Shown piece after piece: positions 27,601 through 40,447 of a DNA stretch of 64,000 bases. The notes under the pieces are model-generated. The model did not search any database. It worked only from the letters and a program-made list of their open reading frames with translations, and was not told where the DNA came from. The DNA comes from Nitrospirales bacterium (GTDB taxonomy: Bacteria > Nitrospirota > Nitrospiria > Nitrospirales > UBA8639): contig CBDBCZ010000017.1 in NCBI GenBank assembly GCA_965203295.1, positions 96,001 to 160,000 of the forward strand, given 5' to 3'. Each line of letters starts with the position of its first letter. The first letter of the stretch is position 1. The translations under genes and the position numbers were made by a program.

Positions 27601-30600
27601 ATGGGTTCAAAAAGTAACAAACTGCACTAGCTACATGAAGCAACATTATTTTACAATCGAGGATTTATTGGAAAATCATCTTTTATAATTACTAAGTTAA
27701 ACTTACTGTAGCCAACTTGTCAATCCACTCATCAGACAAACCCAAGGAGGCAAGGCCAATTTGCTGTGCACGGTAAAAGTTGCAAACTGTGAGCTCAGCA
27801 GACCACATATTATTAAATATGTACAGACTTCCACACTTGAATATTAAGTTGAACAAACATGACATGACAGACCTTCTGTTACTGTGCTCACTTTCTTATT
27901 CCTTCACCTCAGCCATTACTCACATACTTTATTCCTAAATATTTATTATGTAGGTGTATATATAACAGTTCTCGGCAAGCTACATACGTATGCAAAACTT
28001 CAAGTCATCACAACATCTGAGTCACTGCATCTATGGGCCTATTGTCAGTACCAAAATCATAAGTCCAGCCTTATACCCAGGCATTCCAACAAAGATACCA
28101 GCCTCATGATTTTATAAGCTCACTGTATATAGGTACGTACAACAGTATTAAATTGGTCATGTGAGACGTATATAACAGTACGTAAAAAAGGAACTATCAC
28201 AGTGACAAGGGGTTTGCTGTCTGAGTTGCAGAGGGAGTTCAAGAATGAAAACACAGCCGTGATGTGTCTGTAATGGTGATATGTTTGCACATTCTCAGAC
28301 TAAACATAATCAGTATCCATGCATGTAATGTGTTTACAGATTGGAAGAGGGAGTGTAAGAATGAAAACACAGCCTGTAAGGGAAATGTGTTTGCACGTTC
28401 TCAGACTAAACATGCAGAAAACAATCTAATCAGTATCCATGCATGTAATGTGTTTACAGATTGGAAACTTAAACAAAAACTCTCTAGTCAATATTTGGTG
28501 TGTGCATATACTGTACTTACCTGGGAGAACTGTGCTAGTGTGGGATCACAAAACATTGGGACATGGCCCATCACCTCATGGCAAATGTCACTACGGGAAA
28601 ATAGTGCAAAGTACATATTAGCTGAGTACATAGCCATGTTCAGTAAGACATGTACAATTTTATTCGAAAATGAAAACACAGACTCTGCATGAGGCCAACA
28701 ACAAAAATACTGAGTCCAAAGAGTGTGTATTACATACGTAGTCCTGTTCAGTGAGACTATTTTATTCGAAAATGCAAACACAGACTCTATATACTATGGA
28801 ATGCCTCAAAGTGTCCAGAAAGTACATATTATGTCCATCGCTGTTTAATTAATTAACCCTTTACATACCATAAGAAACAGCAGAAAAGCCTGCACAAAGT
28901 ATTAACGCCTAGTATTAAACCCCCCATATAAATTCATATGGGCTTATGGGAGCTCATGACGCATATATGCGTCATTGGTTGGTAAAGAGTTAACTGAGAA
29001 AATTTTATTCAGAAATACAAAGAGTTAAAGTGTCTATCCCCTGATGATCAAAATTCCTCAGTGCCGAGGTCAGAGTTGAGAGTCCACCTATACTGCATGC
29101 AATGTCTATGGTTGTAATCGGTGTTGTTTTAATATGGGCTCACATAATATAGTTTAGTAAAAAATAGTAAAAGAACAAAACTTTAGTTTCAGTTCTAGTT
29201 GGCCAATTTAAATGAATGAACGGGTTAATAAAACACTTGTTAGTATTAGCTAACCATCAGCTAAATGGGCTGTAGCTTATTCCCAACCTTGAAGGTCTAG
29301 TTTTAGTTAGTTAACTAAATCTGTTTCTGCTCCTACGAAAACACTAATGAAACACTATTTTTGTTAACTAAAACAACTCTAACGAAGGGCTGACTCACGG
29401 CTCAGGGGTGAAGAAAGGGCTAGAAGAATGCCTGATATATTGAGACGTGGGAAACACACGAAAAGCCAAACACGCTAGAAAATCTCTAGGAGAAATCCAT
29501 CCCACCACTGGCCACAGCTGCCAGCCTGTGCGACTCCGCAAGTATCTTGAGATGTCCTCCAACTGGGGAATATTGTCCTCCCTGTAAAAATGCCAAACAT
29601 AATATTATGTTCACATTTAAACAATAGACTACTTCTGAATATAGTTACAGGATAAGCGGTGTTAATAATGGAATGAAAATATCCTCTGTGCTTGCAAAGG
29701 AGCACTGTGCATAGTCATAAACTTTGTGTGCAGAGGGGCATACACCCAGGTGCATGCATAGATGCAACATATATAATTATTGCTGTGTATACGCAATGCT
29801 CACTTGTAGTTGCATGCCTCAAAGACTTTGGGGAGTTGTTCCCTGTACTCTTTGCATGCTTTGGTTGGGTAGAGTGCTGTCTGGGCCCTGAAAACCACTC
29901 CCCTGCAAAAAAAAAACAATCAATCATTCGTAGACATGCTATCTGGAGCTTGAGTAACATGCTGAGATCCCGTTTGAATTTCTATGTACCCTTTAGATTC
30001 AGCCAAGCTAGATCTGAAACTGATATGGTGATTGGTAGAGGTGTGTAACAAAATTTGCTACACCATAGTTTATAGCTATGCCAGAGAAACAGAATTCAAA
30101 CTTCGGCTGAAAAAGAAATTAATTATTCTACAAACATAGCTAATCTCTTGTAATGAATAATCCCAGTATACCAGGTATTTTGGGCCAGCGTGAACTACTA
30201 ACCACGTTTTTATTTCGTCTTCGGTGTACTGCACTCTTGAAATGGGATTTCCACTGTAGTGATCGAAAGAGTAAAACATCGTTGATGTGGCGTACGTAGC
30301 TATGTGCATTATGTCTATATATATATACATCTCCACACATATAGGAACGGCCTTAATTCTTAGCAAAATCATAATATTGTTGAACCACTATTGCAGTGGA
30401 ACCTGTGATAATAGACTCACTTATACCAGGAGCGCATCGAGCCGACGAAGGCTCGATGCACTCCTGGTTATACAGTGCAGGTATCTACATTACTTAATTT
30501 ACAAAAGTCCATGTGGTCCCAAATAATAAGTTCCATGCATGCCTAGCGCTACTTGATTCACAAGTTGTGGTATAGAACACAGGGTGGAAGCCTGCATGGG

Positions 30601-33600
30601 AGAGATGATAGAGTATGCGTACTATTTATGGCTGTAGGCCAGATCTGCAATGAACTTCCTTCTCTCTTCGTACGCTTTGTCACCATAACCCTGTGAAAGG
30701 GATTATATCCATGTTAAAAATCAGATTCTGTCCTCAAACCGTACGCACAAAGCTAGTAAAATCTCATGCCTAGTTCCGTACGAATAGACCCTGGTACATA
30801 TATAGTTTGAACATGCTCAGGGATTTAGAGACTAGCTATATATATATGAAGGGTTGAGAGCCATAGTGGGCCAACGCAAAATCAAGCACTGAAAAGTGCA
30901 TAATTTGTACAAAATCAATTTAAAGTGCATGAGTGTATGAAAATTATGCTGAAAGTCTTAACATTTGAGTAACTAGCTAGCTCTTCACTGCAAAGAATAT
31001 GTTGACTATGTACTTAGTGGTTACCTGAATTGCAGATGACAGTGTATGTAGCAGTTAGACCTCGAAGTGGTGTTTTGAATACACGTCATACATTTTTGTG
31101 GGTCTTTCATCACTATATAATACATGTAACATGCGACTCAGTAACTGGAGAAGGTTCCAGGAACCTCAGGCTCCTGGAACCGCCTCCATTCGGAATGTTG
31201 AGTCCCATGTAGATAAAAGACTCACAATTTGTACATAATTTGTATGAAATGCCAAATATCTTAGGAGTAACAAATCACCACTTTGTGGTCTAACTCCTAC
31301 TTCCATAGCTACCCAGATCGGGTATCCACTCAGTAGTCAAAAACATATTTTTTTGCAGTGTATAAATTACATTTTTGTCTCAAGTTTGGGAGGTGGAAGT
31401 TCCTTTTATTAGTTTAGACCACTCTGGTTCTCAGCCCTTCATATAGCAGATACTACATTAATTTACCAACCCATGACACATATATGTGTCATGAGCTCCC
31501 ATAAGCCAATATGAATTTATATGGGAGTTTTAATACTAGGCGTTAATACTTTGTACAGGCTTTTCTGCTTCTTTAAGCTGTTTCTTATGGTTGGTAAAGG
31601 GTTTATGTAATAGTTGTACCATGGAGAAACATTAGTTGCCTGGCAACAATATACCCTGGGGTATATTGACAGTTCAAATGAGCCGCTAGGGTGTATGGCT
31701 GATATACCCCGGGCGGTGCCTTTCATGTTGAGGTGCATTATGGTACAAGAGTATGTTGTGTAATTTTGTTCATCAGTTAAACACTTTCATCCAGTTAGGT
31801 TCTAGAGTGTAGCTATAAGATCTGGGATTAAAACAAACGTAAATTTTGAATTTGTGACATTCTCAGGGAAAGCTGACTATTTGTAGCAGCCACACGATTA
31901 TATCATCTGAGGTTGATCGGCTGTCAAATTTAGTTAGGTATCCATAGGCAACTACAGGTACCGTAAACTACGTATTATCCACCCATCCCCCTTTTTGAGT
32001 CAAAGTTACGTCGGAGGGTATTTATGTACTTAGTATCCGCCCACCCTTAAATACCATCCATGCGAGCTAAACATGTAACTAACGACTGAAAATTCCAAGA
32101 CAACGAGCAGAATCAAACGACAAAACTCGATATTCAGTGCGCTTTAATTGGAATACCGACGGTAAGCCTGTCAGTCACTTCGCTTTTTAGCGGATAATAG
32201 TATGCATGCTTCTATAATAGGTAGTTCAATACAATTTGCATTCACTGTGGTGCGGTACTTGCCTAGAAAAGCTATACTTACCTTGTATACTCGCTTTGCA
32301 TACCACGCGCTTGGAAATATTAGTTAAACGCTGTTAACTGGTGAACGGCGCCGGCAGGTGCGCCGCGCAAGCTGCAAGGGCGATAGAGCACGTGATCGCT
32401 GCACGTGAGCTCTCCAAGCGCTCAGCAGTTGTCGCCAGAGGAGGTTGGACACGCATTCATTAACGTGCGCAGTCACATGCCTTTTGCTGCACTTTATTAC
32501 ATTCCACGTTGCATTCCAGCATGCAATTAGCTCACTGAGAAGGTAAGCATACGTAGCTTGTTATAAAGCTGCAATTGCCTGGATATTGCTGTAAGATGGC
32601 TGGAACGGACCTATACGGGCAGCATCTTTCTGTTACTAGATAGAATACAGGATGTAGTCTCGCCTTGCCGATTGCTAGATATTTAAACGACCGTAGCTCT
32701 GCAATGACCCAGGGGTTGAACGGGGTTGGCGAGATATTCTGAATCTACTTCGGGAGAGCTTTCAAAAGATGTCTATTCCTTGGGGATACGCTTAAAGACT
32801 AAAGAGAAAACTTTTTAGCGCTTTTTATACAGAAATCTCCATAGAGAATCGCGTACGCACGTATGTCACATGACCGTGTTCAACCTCCTCTGAGCAGTTG
32901 TGAGCACACAGCAAAAGCTTTAAGCCAGTTTGCGAGTACACCCATGCAGCAGCACGAAGCAGCATGACAGTAAGCGAGCACGCAAGCACAGCATACTGGG
33001 TGAGCACACCCTCATGACGTAGTGGGTGAGCATACACCAGGCAGTAGCACCGCCTTGAGCGAGCATGCTCATGCAGCAGACAGGGTGAGCACACCCTCTT
33101 AGCATACTGGGTGAGCACACCCTCTCAACATACTGGGTGAGCACACCCTCTCAGCATACTGGGTGAGCACACTCTCATAGTATAGTGGGTGAGCATACAC
33201 CCAGGTAGTAGCACCGCCTTGAGCGAGCATGCTCATGCAGCAGACAGGGTGAGCACACCCTTTTAGCATACTGGGTGAGCACACCCTTTTAGCATACTGG
33301 GTGAGCACGCCCAGGCAGCAGCACGACAGTGAGCGAGCACGCTCATACAGCTCATACGGTGAGCACGTGCGCCCAGGCAGTAGCATGGCAGTGAGCAAGC
33401 ATGCTCATACAGCTGACACAGGGTGAGCACACCCAATCCACGCCCAGGCTGCAGCACCATGGGTGAGCGCACTCAGGCAGCAGGAAATTGTGCAAGCACG
33501 CTCATACGCCCTTTCGCAATAGTAAGGTCCCACGCGGAGAGTTAGCACAAGTTTTCCAAATACTTTTTGATTTACATCATGCATCTGGCTGTGACAACAG

Positions 33601-36600
33601 ACTAAGTCATGTGTTCTTCGGAGTGTTGTTTGGGGGGATGGTTGAATCACACGCATGTGATTAGTTGAAATAGGTGAGTATGGGGGAACCATCCCCCCTT
33701 CCATCAGGACACCCACCATTCTTGGGAAGCTGGGTTTGTAAAATAGTAGGGTGGACTCCCTCACGCTTTGGGGGAGCAACCCCAGGTGAGGTTCATCGGG
33801 TGAGCACGCCCTTAGTAGCAGACTGTGTAAGCACACTGTCAACAGCACATGCCCAACCAAGCTGGAAGGTGGAGGAGCCCGCCCAAGTGGCTCAAGGGTG
33901 GACAGACCCCTGGGGTGAGCACGCCCAGGCTGCACTGCGCAGAGCTAGCATGCTCTTGCGGCAGACAGGGTGAGCACACCCTCACCATCCAGTGGGTGAG
34001 CACACCCTCACCATCCAGTGGGTGAGCACACCCAAGTAGCAGCACCACGCAGCACAACAGTGAGCGAGCACACTCATACCACACACCGGGTGAGCACACC
34101 CCCTCATAGTATAGTGGGTGAGAATACCCGGGCAGCAGCACAACATTGAGCGAGTACGCTCATGCAGCAGACAGGGTGAGCACACCCAATAGGCAGCCCT
34201 TAAGGATGTTTGGAGTGGGAGTGGCTCCTATAGCAACGGGCCCCTCCTACAGCAGCAATCAGATTGTCCTTGCACAAAGGCCAAATAAGTGAACAATGTC
34301 AATCGCATTTATACAACCTACGTATTATCCACCCACCCCACTCTTTCAGCTTGCACTTAAGTGGCCCGCCCATGGGTGGATAATACGTACTTTACGGTAT
34401 ATATAGGACTTTCCATGATGATTCCGTCAAGCTCTGGCATTCAAAGTTCCTGTGTTGAATAGCTTGTGTCTAGAGTAGGGTAATGTAAGTTGTCGCACCA
34501 TCAGATCTTGTAGAGGATTGCAATTGGAGAAATTAACAGACATACGCACCACCCAGCAATTACACTTAGTTGTATAGGCACCGCTATAGTGTTCATGTAT
34601 TAGGTGGCGAGGGCATACACGTATACTTGAGGGTTGCTGGGCAACTGTGGTCTCTTCTCAAAACTGTGAAACAATTATTAGTAGGTACTATATGTATTAG
34701 TTAATTTAATTGGTCACTTTGGGTGAAGGGAGATTAAAGTCCAAGGTGAAGCTGAGTATTACAGCTGGGACAAGCACATGCATTATTTGGGAATTTCTTT
34801 AGGAATAATAGGTGCAACATAAAAGCGAGAATAATAGGTGATTGTTTTGATAAAATAGAAGAATTGGGGAATAGAACAATAGGAAATTAAGAAGAATAAT
34901 GTGCCTGTCCCTACATACAGCTGCATGAGGGTACAAATCCCATACACCTTGGAACGTACGGTGCAAATATAACAACTAGTACAACAGCCCCAGATGGTTG
35001 GCTTTTGCCGACTCAGATGGTCACAATTGCGACAGTTCAAATAAGATACAACTCACTGGTTGATCAGAAGTCAGCTCATGGCCAAACTTGTGCAGGTTGG
35101 TGCAGCATTTGTAAAGCTCAGCAATGGTTCTAGGAAACCAGGGTACCTCTGACTCTTTCTTTCCATCTTTGGAACTTAGGCTTTCAGGTCCACTTATGGG
35201 GCTGGAAGGAATTGTAACGCAACTAGAAATTTTCTTCAGCTGCGTGATGAGTTGATCTAGTGTCTGTTGTTGCTGCTCTGAAGAGACTTGCGGAAAACCA
35301 CAGTCCAGGAAATAATCACGCTTTGCAGCTGGATCACTCCGAGATTGACGAGACTCAATGTGCTTCAGAGAGACGCCTAGTTCCTATATAGCGATAATAG
35401 TTCAAAAAATTAATGGTAACTAGCCAAATTCTATATTATTATATAATTCAAGACTGCACTCTGCTAAAAATAAATGGTTATTTGGCAACGGTTTGGTTAT
35501 TGGAGTTGCATCTACATGTATGTTGGACTCATTTTGTCCATTAGTAGCTACAATTAATCACTGTCCTGCCCTTTTGGTAAATCTATATAACTCTTACTGT
35601 AGTTCCCGAAACAGACCATAAACCGTATGACTATCTGCCTACTAGTGCATTATAGCCACTAGGAAAAAATGTCTATCACAATTGTACTTTCTGGCTATAT
35701 AATCTGTGTAGTACAAATGCTGTCACAAGTCACGATTTTTGCTTAATTGTTGCTACAGGCCTTCGACATGTGACATGATCTCTCCATACTATGATAGCCA
35801 TGTAAGGTACTACAATCAGCAGAGCTTTGTTCTTTGTCATGACGATATGACAGATGGCAACTCCAGTAACCAAACTATTGTTGAAACAACCTTTTATTGC
35901 ATGTAACAGAGATTTAGCCTTGTAGGAGAGGGAGGAGCTCTTCAGTCTAGAAATGCATCTACAGACGTCCATGAAATAGCTAGTAAATAAGGGCAGTTAT
36001 TCATTGACAAATCAGCTAATAGCTAGACACACATATATATATGTAATTTATTTCCTGGAGTTGTAAACGTCTTATGTTAGATTGAAATTCAGCTTATGAA
36101 CTTGCGCTATATTAGATTCATTATGAATTGTTGTTCGCATACATGTTCAGGATCATTCGGCTATTTTTGTGTGCATGTGCGTGTTCCTATTCACGCTACC
36201 TGATGTACTGAAGCCAGTTAATTGCACATTCGAGAATGCGCATAAGACTTAATTAAATTAGTGAATGTGGAGTAGTCGCTATACGGCTATAGAGACGAAT
36301 GGCGACCGCCCTAAGCTTGCGAACACATCTTCTTCCAGCAGAAAAGGTTGCAGTATACTACTCTGATCAACGGTCGGTTGATCGTATCCCAACTTCTGGA
36401 TGCTAAATAACACTGCCGATTTCACCCCATCCACAGGAATCTCTCACTATAGATGCTTCACCAGCGCTTTCGAAGCCATCCTTCCACCACATGCACAATG
36501 CGTGTCCCGGGCTGAAAAATTTTGCATGCGTACTAATGCCATTCTGCAATCTGATTGGTCACGAGTTAATTAATAAGTAGGCGTTGCCTACAGTCAAAGG

Positions 36601-38597
36601 CTGATATGTTAATTATGCCCAGATACTGAAACGTATAGCTAACAAACTAGTCTCGTGGGCGGGCCAGACGATAATTTCTGGCTCGCAAGACTACTAGTGA
36701 ACGTGAACGTGAACGAATAAGATCGCGAATGCAAACATGTACATAAACATGACAACAGGGCCGTAGCCACCGGTCCGGTTGGTCCGGTGTCATAAAAATA
36801 TGCACACCCCGTAAATATGGGCATCCCAGGGTCCCCATATTCACGTGATTTTGGGGACCCCATCGTGATTTTAGGGACCCCTTCTTCTAGGCTGTGAACG
36901 ACGGGAAAGTACTGCCCTGTGTGATAACGCTGCGATACGAACCTTGCTTTAAGACCTGTCAGGTCCACGATGGGTGAGTATATAAAAATGGTAAATTCAG
37001 ACAGTAGAGAGATGCTCAGATAGGCGAGATACTATGGAAATGGAGACCAGCAACGGAGACGGAGACAAGTTGGCAGCGACGAAGGGTGCTTCTCTTTCAA
37101 CGAAGTGTATTGGTATCTATACTATACCATGATCGGGAAGCTCATCTTTTTTCATTATAAGTGTATAAATCTAAAATCTCCTGTACCTGATACGTATAGG
37201 ATATACCACGTCTACGAGGAGTATAAACGCAGATAAACTCCACTAGACAATTTACCCGAGGCGTAGCCGAGGGTAAACCGTCTAGCGGAGTTTATCGCGC
37301 TTATACTCCGATTAGGCACGGTATATCCGGCTTATATCACAGGCGGCCAATCGCTTCTTGCCGCTTGTCATCGCCATAGTTACCATTCAGTAGTATTCAT
37401 TAAAATTTAATTACGCAAATAAAAAAACACGTTAACGAACATGAAAACATGCATGGAAAACATGAAAACGCAATAGTAGTTTAAACACCTTTATACTCCT
37501 CTCTGTAGCTAATGAATTTCTCCAAAAGTGATGTAATGTGATATAAATAGTATTATACATGTACATACTGCACTAGACTTCATATTCATAAATCTGCTGT
37601 CCATTCAGTTTATTTTTTGTTTTGTGTAAGCATAGATACAATAACCAAAATATTGTATCTATGGTGTAAGTGTATTTATTCCTCTGTATGCTGAAACCAA
37701 TTATTTGTAAATTTCAACTAGGCAGGCAGGCAGCAGGACCCAGAAGACTCAGAAGAGCCATTTGGTGAAGACTCTGAGGCATTTGTGGACTTCACTGAGT
37801 AACAGTTATTTTAGCTAATAGTTTATAATGCAATTTACAAAGTACGCCTCTTGCGTTAGATTGGATTCAGCTTAATATAATTAGTGATGGACTTGCGCCA
37901 GATTAGATTCATAATAAATTCCTAGAATCACAATTTCTTGCGTTAAATTGGATCTCGCGTAAAGACGGTATTTCAGACTACACACTTCATGCATAGACAT
38001 AATGAAATTGTAGGATGTCTATTTTCACGTAAATATGAGCTTCGGAATGCGCAATTTACGCGAAAATAGGCATGCATCCATACGGATCCCCCCCCCCCCC
38101 CCCCCCCATGCCTATTTTCACAACTATTCACCGTGAACTTGGGCACGATGTCGTAGGAGAAGTCCCTTTTACTTTCCGCGCATCATTTTCGGCCCCTCTC
38201 AAGCGCTGTGAGATAGCCAGCGAGCACTAATAGGTAAGCATTGCAGCATGTCATCCAGCTACTTTACTCAAATATTGCATCAGAAACGATCTTATAGAAG
38301 GCCTACAATTTTCTGGGGGAGTATGCACCCAGACCCCCCTCGCGAGCGCGCTTCGCGCGTTTTCATACGCTGCGCTTGCTCCTGAGAATGGCCAACCGGA
38401 CCACTTCAAATCTCGTGGCTATGGCCCTGGACAATGAACATGAAAAGGAACGGCCACTGTACTACACACATCTATGTACGCTGAACTACTAATAATAGTT
38501 TCAGCGTATTTAATATATATACCTGAAAGACGGTGAGAACTTTGATGAGGTCTCTTACATCTTGCGAGAGCGTGAGAATCAGCGACGGCGATGCCAT
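24699..38597 (-). CDS. Divergent aromatic amino acid hydroxylase, copy B, 11 exons, 442 aa
   Basis: Exons 38597-38523, 35383-35057, 30690-30623, 30253-30203, 29902-29804, 29581-29399, 28590-28521, 27763-27707, 27554-27459, 26046-25913, 24867-24699; same sizes and phases as copy A, no stops seen. Differences include [11 protein letters not shown] for DHA, PISRV for PIPRV. Confidence 0.93.
24857..25670. repeat. ~69-bp minisatellite built from the acceptor of the last AAAH exon, ~12 copies (about 3 in copy A at 1961-2150)
   Basis: Unit TGGTAAACTCTCTGGAAATAAGGCAATATTATGATAGCTGATCAACATTCAGTAGCTAGATCGTAYGYG. Confidence 0.95.
30848..31440. mobile_element. MITE with a nested second TIR element (~30986-31360), copy B only
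   Basis: Outer TIRs GAAGGGTTGAGAGCCA / TGGTTCTCAGCCCTTC in a TA run; inner CACTGCAAAGAATATG / CATATTTTTTTGCAGTG; empty site ~6225 in copy A. Confidence 0.75.
31961..34397. mobile_element. 2.4-kb pogo-like non-autonomous element with internal GGGTGAGCACAC-rich repeats, copy B only
   Basis: TIRs CCGTAAACTACGTATTATCCACCCA / TGGGTGGATAATACGTACTTTACGG with TA flanks; repeat array ~32920-34190; no transposase recognised. Confidence 0.8.
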
Positions 38598-39045
38598 ATT
38601 GGCGTTCTACGAATCTCAGCCAGTATAGCGGAGCTAACTACCTACCTATGCACCTACGCAATCGGAAATAATTAGGCGATAATTGGCGCCATCCTCCGCA
38701 ATATATAGTCTGCGAGACCACATTCGTTAATGATCTACGCTAGCCTCGACCCCAGCGCTTGCAGGAAGATAAAATGCTTTTTCTTCCTGCAAGCGAAAAT
38801 AAAAAGCCGGGACGGCTGGGTTTGAGGCTAAAAACTACAGACAGCAGATCCTAAATATCACACAATAAATACACTATTACAAAACAGGCTGAGCCATAGA
38901 GAGCCACATGTCATGTATATATATACAATAGCTATACCTATGTTACATCACAACCCAAAAGAGAATCAGCTATCAAACCTAAGCTACGAGTGGCTCTCAA
39001 TTGTAGTCTACTCTACTCAACGGCAGCGTGTACCACATCTAGCGT

Positions 39046-39373
39046 TAGTCTCGCGTGACCAGACTCTCGACCGGAAGGTTAGAGTCTGGCGAAATGCCAA
39101 TATTGGTTTTGTAGACTTTGCATCGTACAGTGCAATCCAATGAAATTGCAGAACGCGCCTGACGTCACGTAAAATTAACTAACGCCACTTTAGTAAGGCT
39201 TCAGCCAAAGCAGTGGCAGGCCACGTGCAAACCGCAACTACAGGAGAGTGTGGTTCGCACCCACTTAACTATATACGCTGTTACATAACCATAGCATTCC
39301 AGAGCTACAACAGCTGTATAAGCATTTCGCCAGACTCTAACCTTCCGGTCGAGAGTCTGGTCACGCGAGACTA
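39046..39373. mobile_element. 328-bp MITE with 9-bp TSD (Mutator-like) inserted in the 3' end of CBR copy B
   Basis: ~52-bp perfect TIRs TAGTCTCGCGTGACCAGACTCTCGACCGG...; TSD ATCTAGCGT at 39037-39045 and 39374-39382; single ATCTAGCGT in copy A. Confidence 0.92.
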
Positions 39374-40222
39374 ATCTAGCGTATAACTATCCCAAGGAGC
39401 CACCTTCTTCTTCATCCAAAATTTCCCACTTGGGCTTCCCGACGGAAGAAAAGCGAGGTGGGTTACAATTTCAGCCCCGTCATCTGGAGTCCCTGGGGCA
39501 TTGGCAACTGTCATCTCAGTTTTACACCAGCCGGGACAACAGGCGTTTACGAGGACATCCATTTTGTCAAGACGATCAACTGCCTTTTCTAGAACCCTAG
39601 TGAAGGTTGTAACGGCCACCTTGGATAAGGCATATGGTGTGTCAAAGCCAGGAATTTTATCTGGCCAACCCTTTTCGCGATGGCTTCCATCCGCTACATT
39701 TTTTACAAACTGGTCCATGAGGTCAACGAGTTGTGCTTCGGTTAGATCGGGGTCTTGGAATTTCTCCTGCAAGTTTTTTTGCAGAATAGATATGTGACCA
39801 GATAAACTGGAAACGTTGACGATCCTCCCATGGGGACGAACTAACGGTAGGAAAGCACGGCACATATTCACTATGCCAGTGAAGTTGGTGCCTATAGTGG
39901 CAGTAACGTGCTCTATGTTTGGAGAGGTTTCTCTCAGTTGATAGTCGATCGCAGCGTTGTTAATTAGTATGTCCACGCCACCGTACTTATCACCGATATA
40001 CCGCTTCAGCGCTTCAACAGACTCGACGGAAGTTACGTCCAGCTGGTGGAACTTCGGTTTCAGGCCATCAGCTTCAAGTTTGGCGACCGCTGCAAGACCC
40101 TTACTTACGTTCCTCGCTGTCAAATAGACTTCACCCGAGAATTCCTTGCACAATTTTTTCACTGTGGCAAATCCAATGCCTTTGTTCGATCCAGTAACGA
40201 TTGCAACCTTTGCTGATGCCAT
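39371..40222 (-). CDS. Carbonyl reductase (CBR1-like SDR), intronless, copy B, 283 aa
   Basis: Near-identical to copy A; has NVSS and YALSK; stop codon comes from the MITE terminus. Confidence 0.92.
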   Translation of the reverse strand: MASAKVAIVTGSNKGIGFATVKKLCKEFSGEVYLTARNVSKGLAAVAKLEADGLKPKFHQLDVTSVESVEALKRYIGDKYGGVDILINNAAIDYQLRETSPNIEHVTATIGTNFTGIVNMCRAFLPLVRPHGRIVNVSSLSGHISILQKNLQEKFQDPDLTEAQLVDLMDQFVKNVADGSHREKGWPDKIPGFDTPYALSKVAVTTFTRVLEKAVDRLDKMDVLVNACCPGWCKTEMTVANAPGTPDDGAEIVTHLAFLPSGSPSGKFWMKKKVAPWDSYTLD

Positions 40223-40447
40223 GATCGTGAACTAGGCCAAACTCGTCCACTAGTTGACCTTTGACCCTTGCGCTTTAATTGGAAACCGTGGCCCTTAATG
40301 ACTGGTCCTAGTGCGATTTTCGCATCAAGTAATGCCAGAGCGACTCCGGGAGGTCAACTAACCTTTGACCTTTCAAGCGCTCGATCGCACGATCACGCAA
40401 ATCGCAACCATGTACCGCGGGAGCGTGGTTCGGACCCACTTAACTAT

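Noticed and set aside
32825..34185. Cys-rich ORFs in the GGGTGAGCACAC region
   Set aside because: Low-complexity repeats within a non-autonomous transposon; no transposase or other domain recognised.
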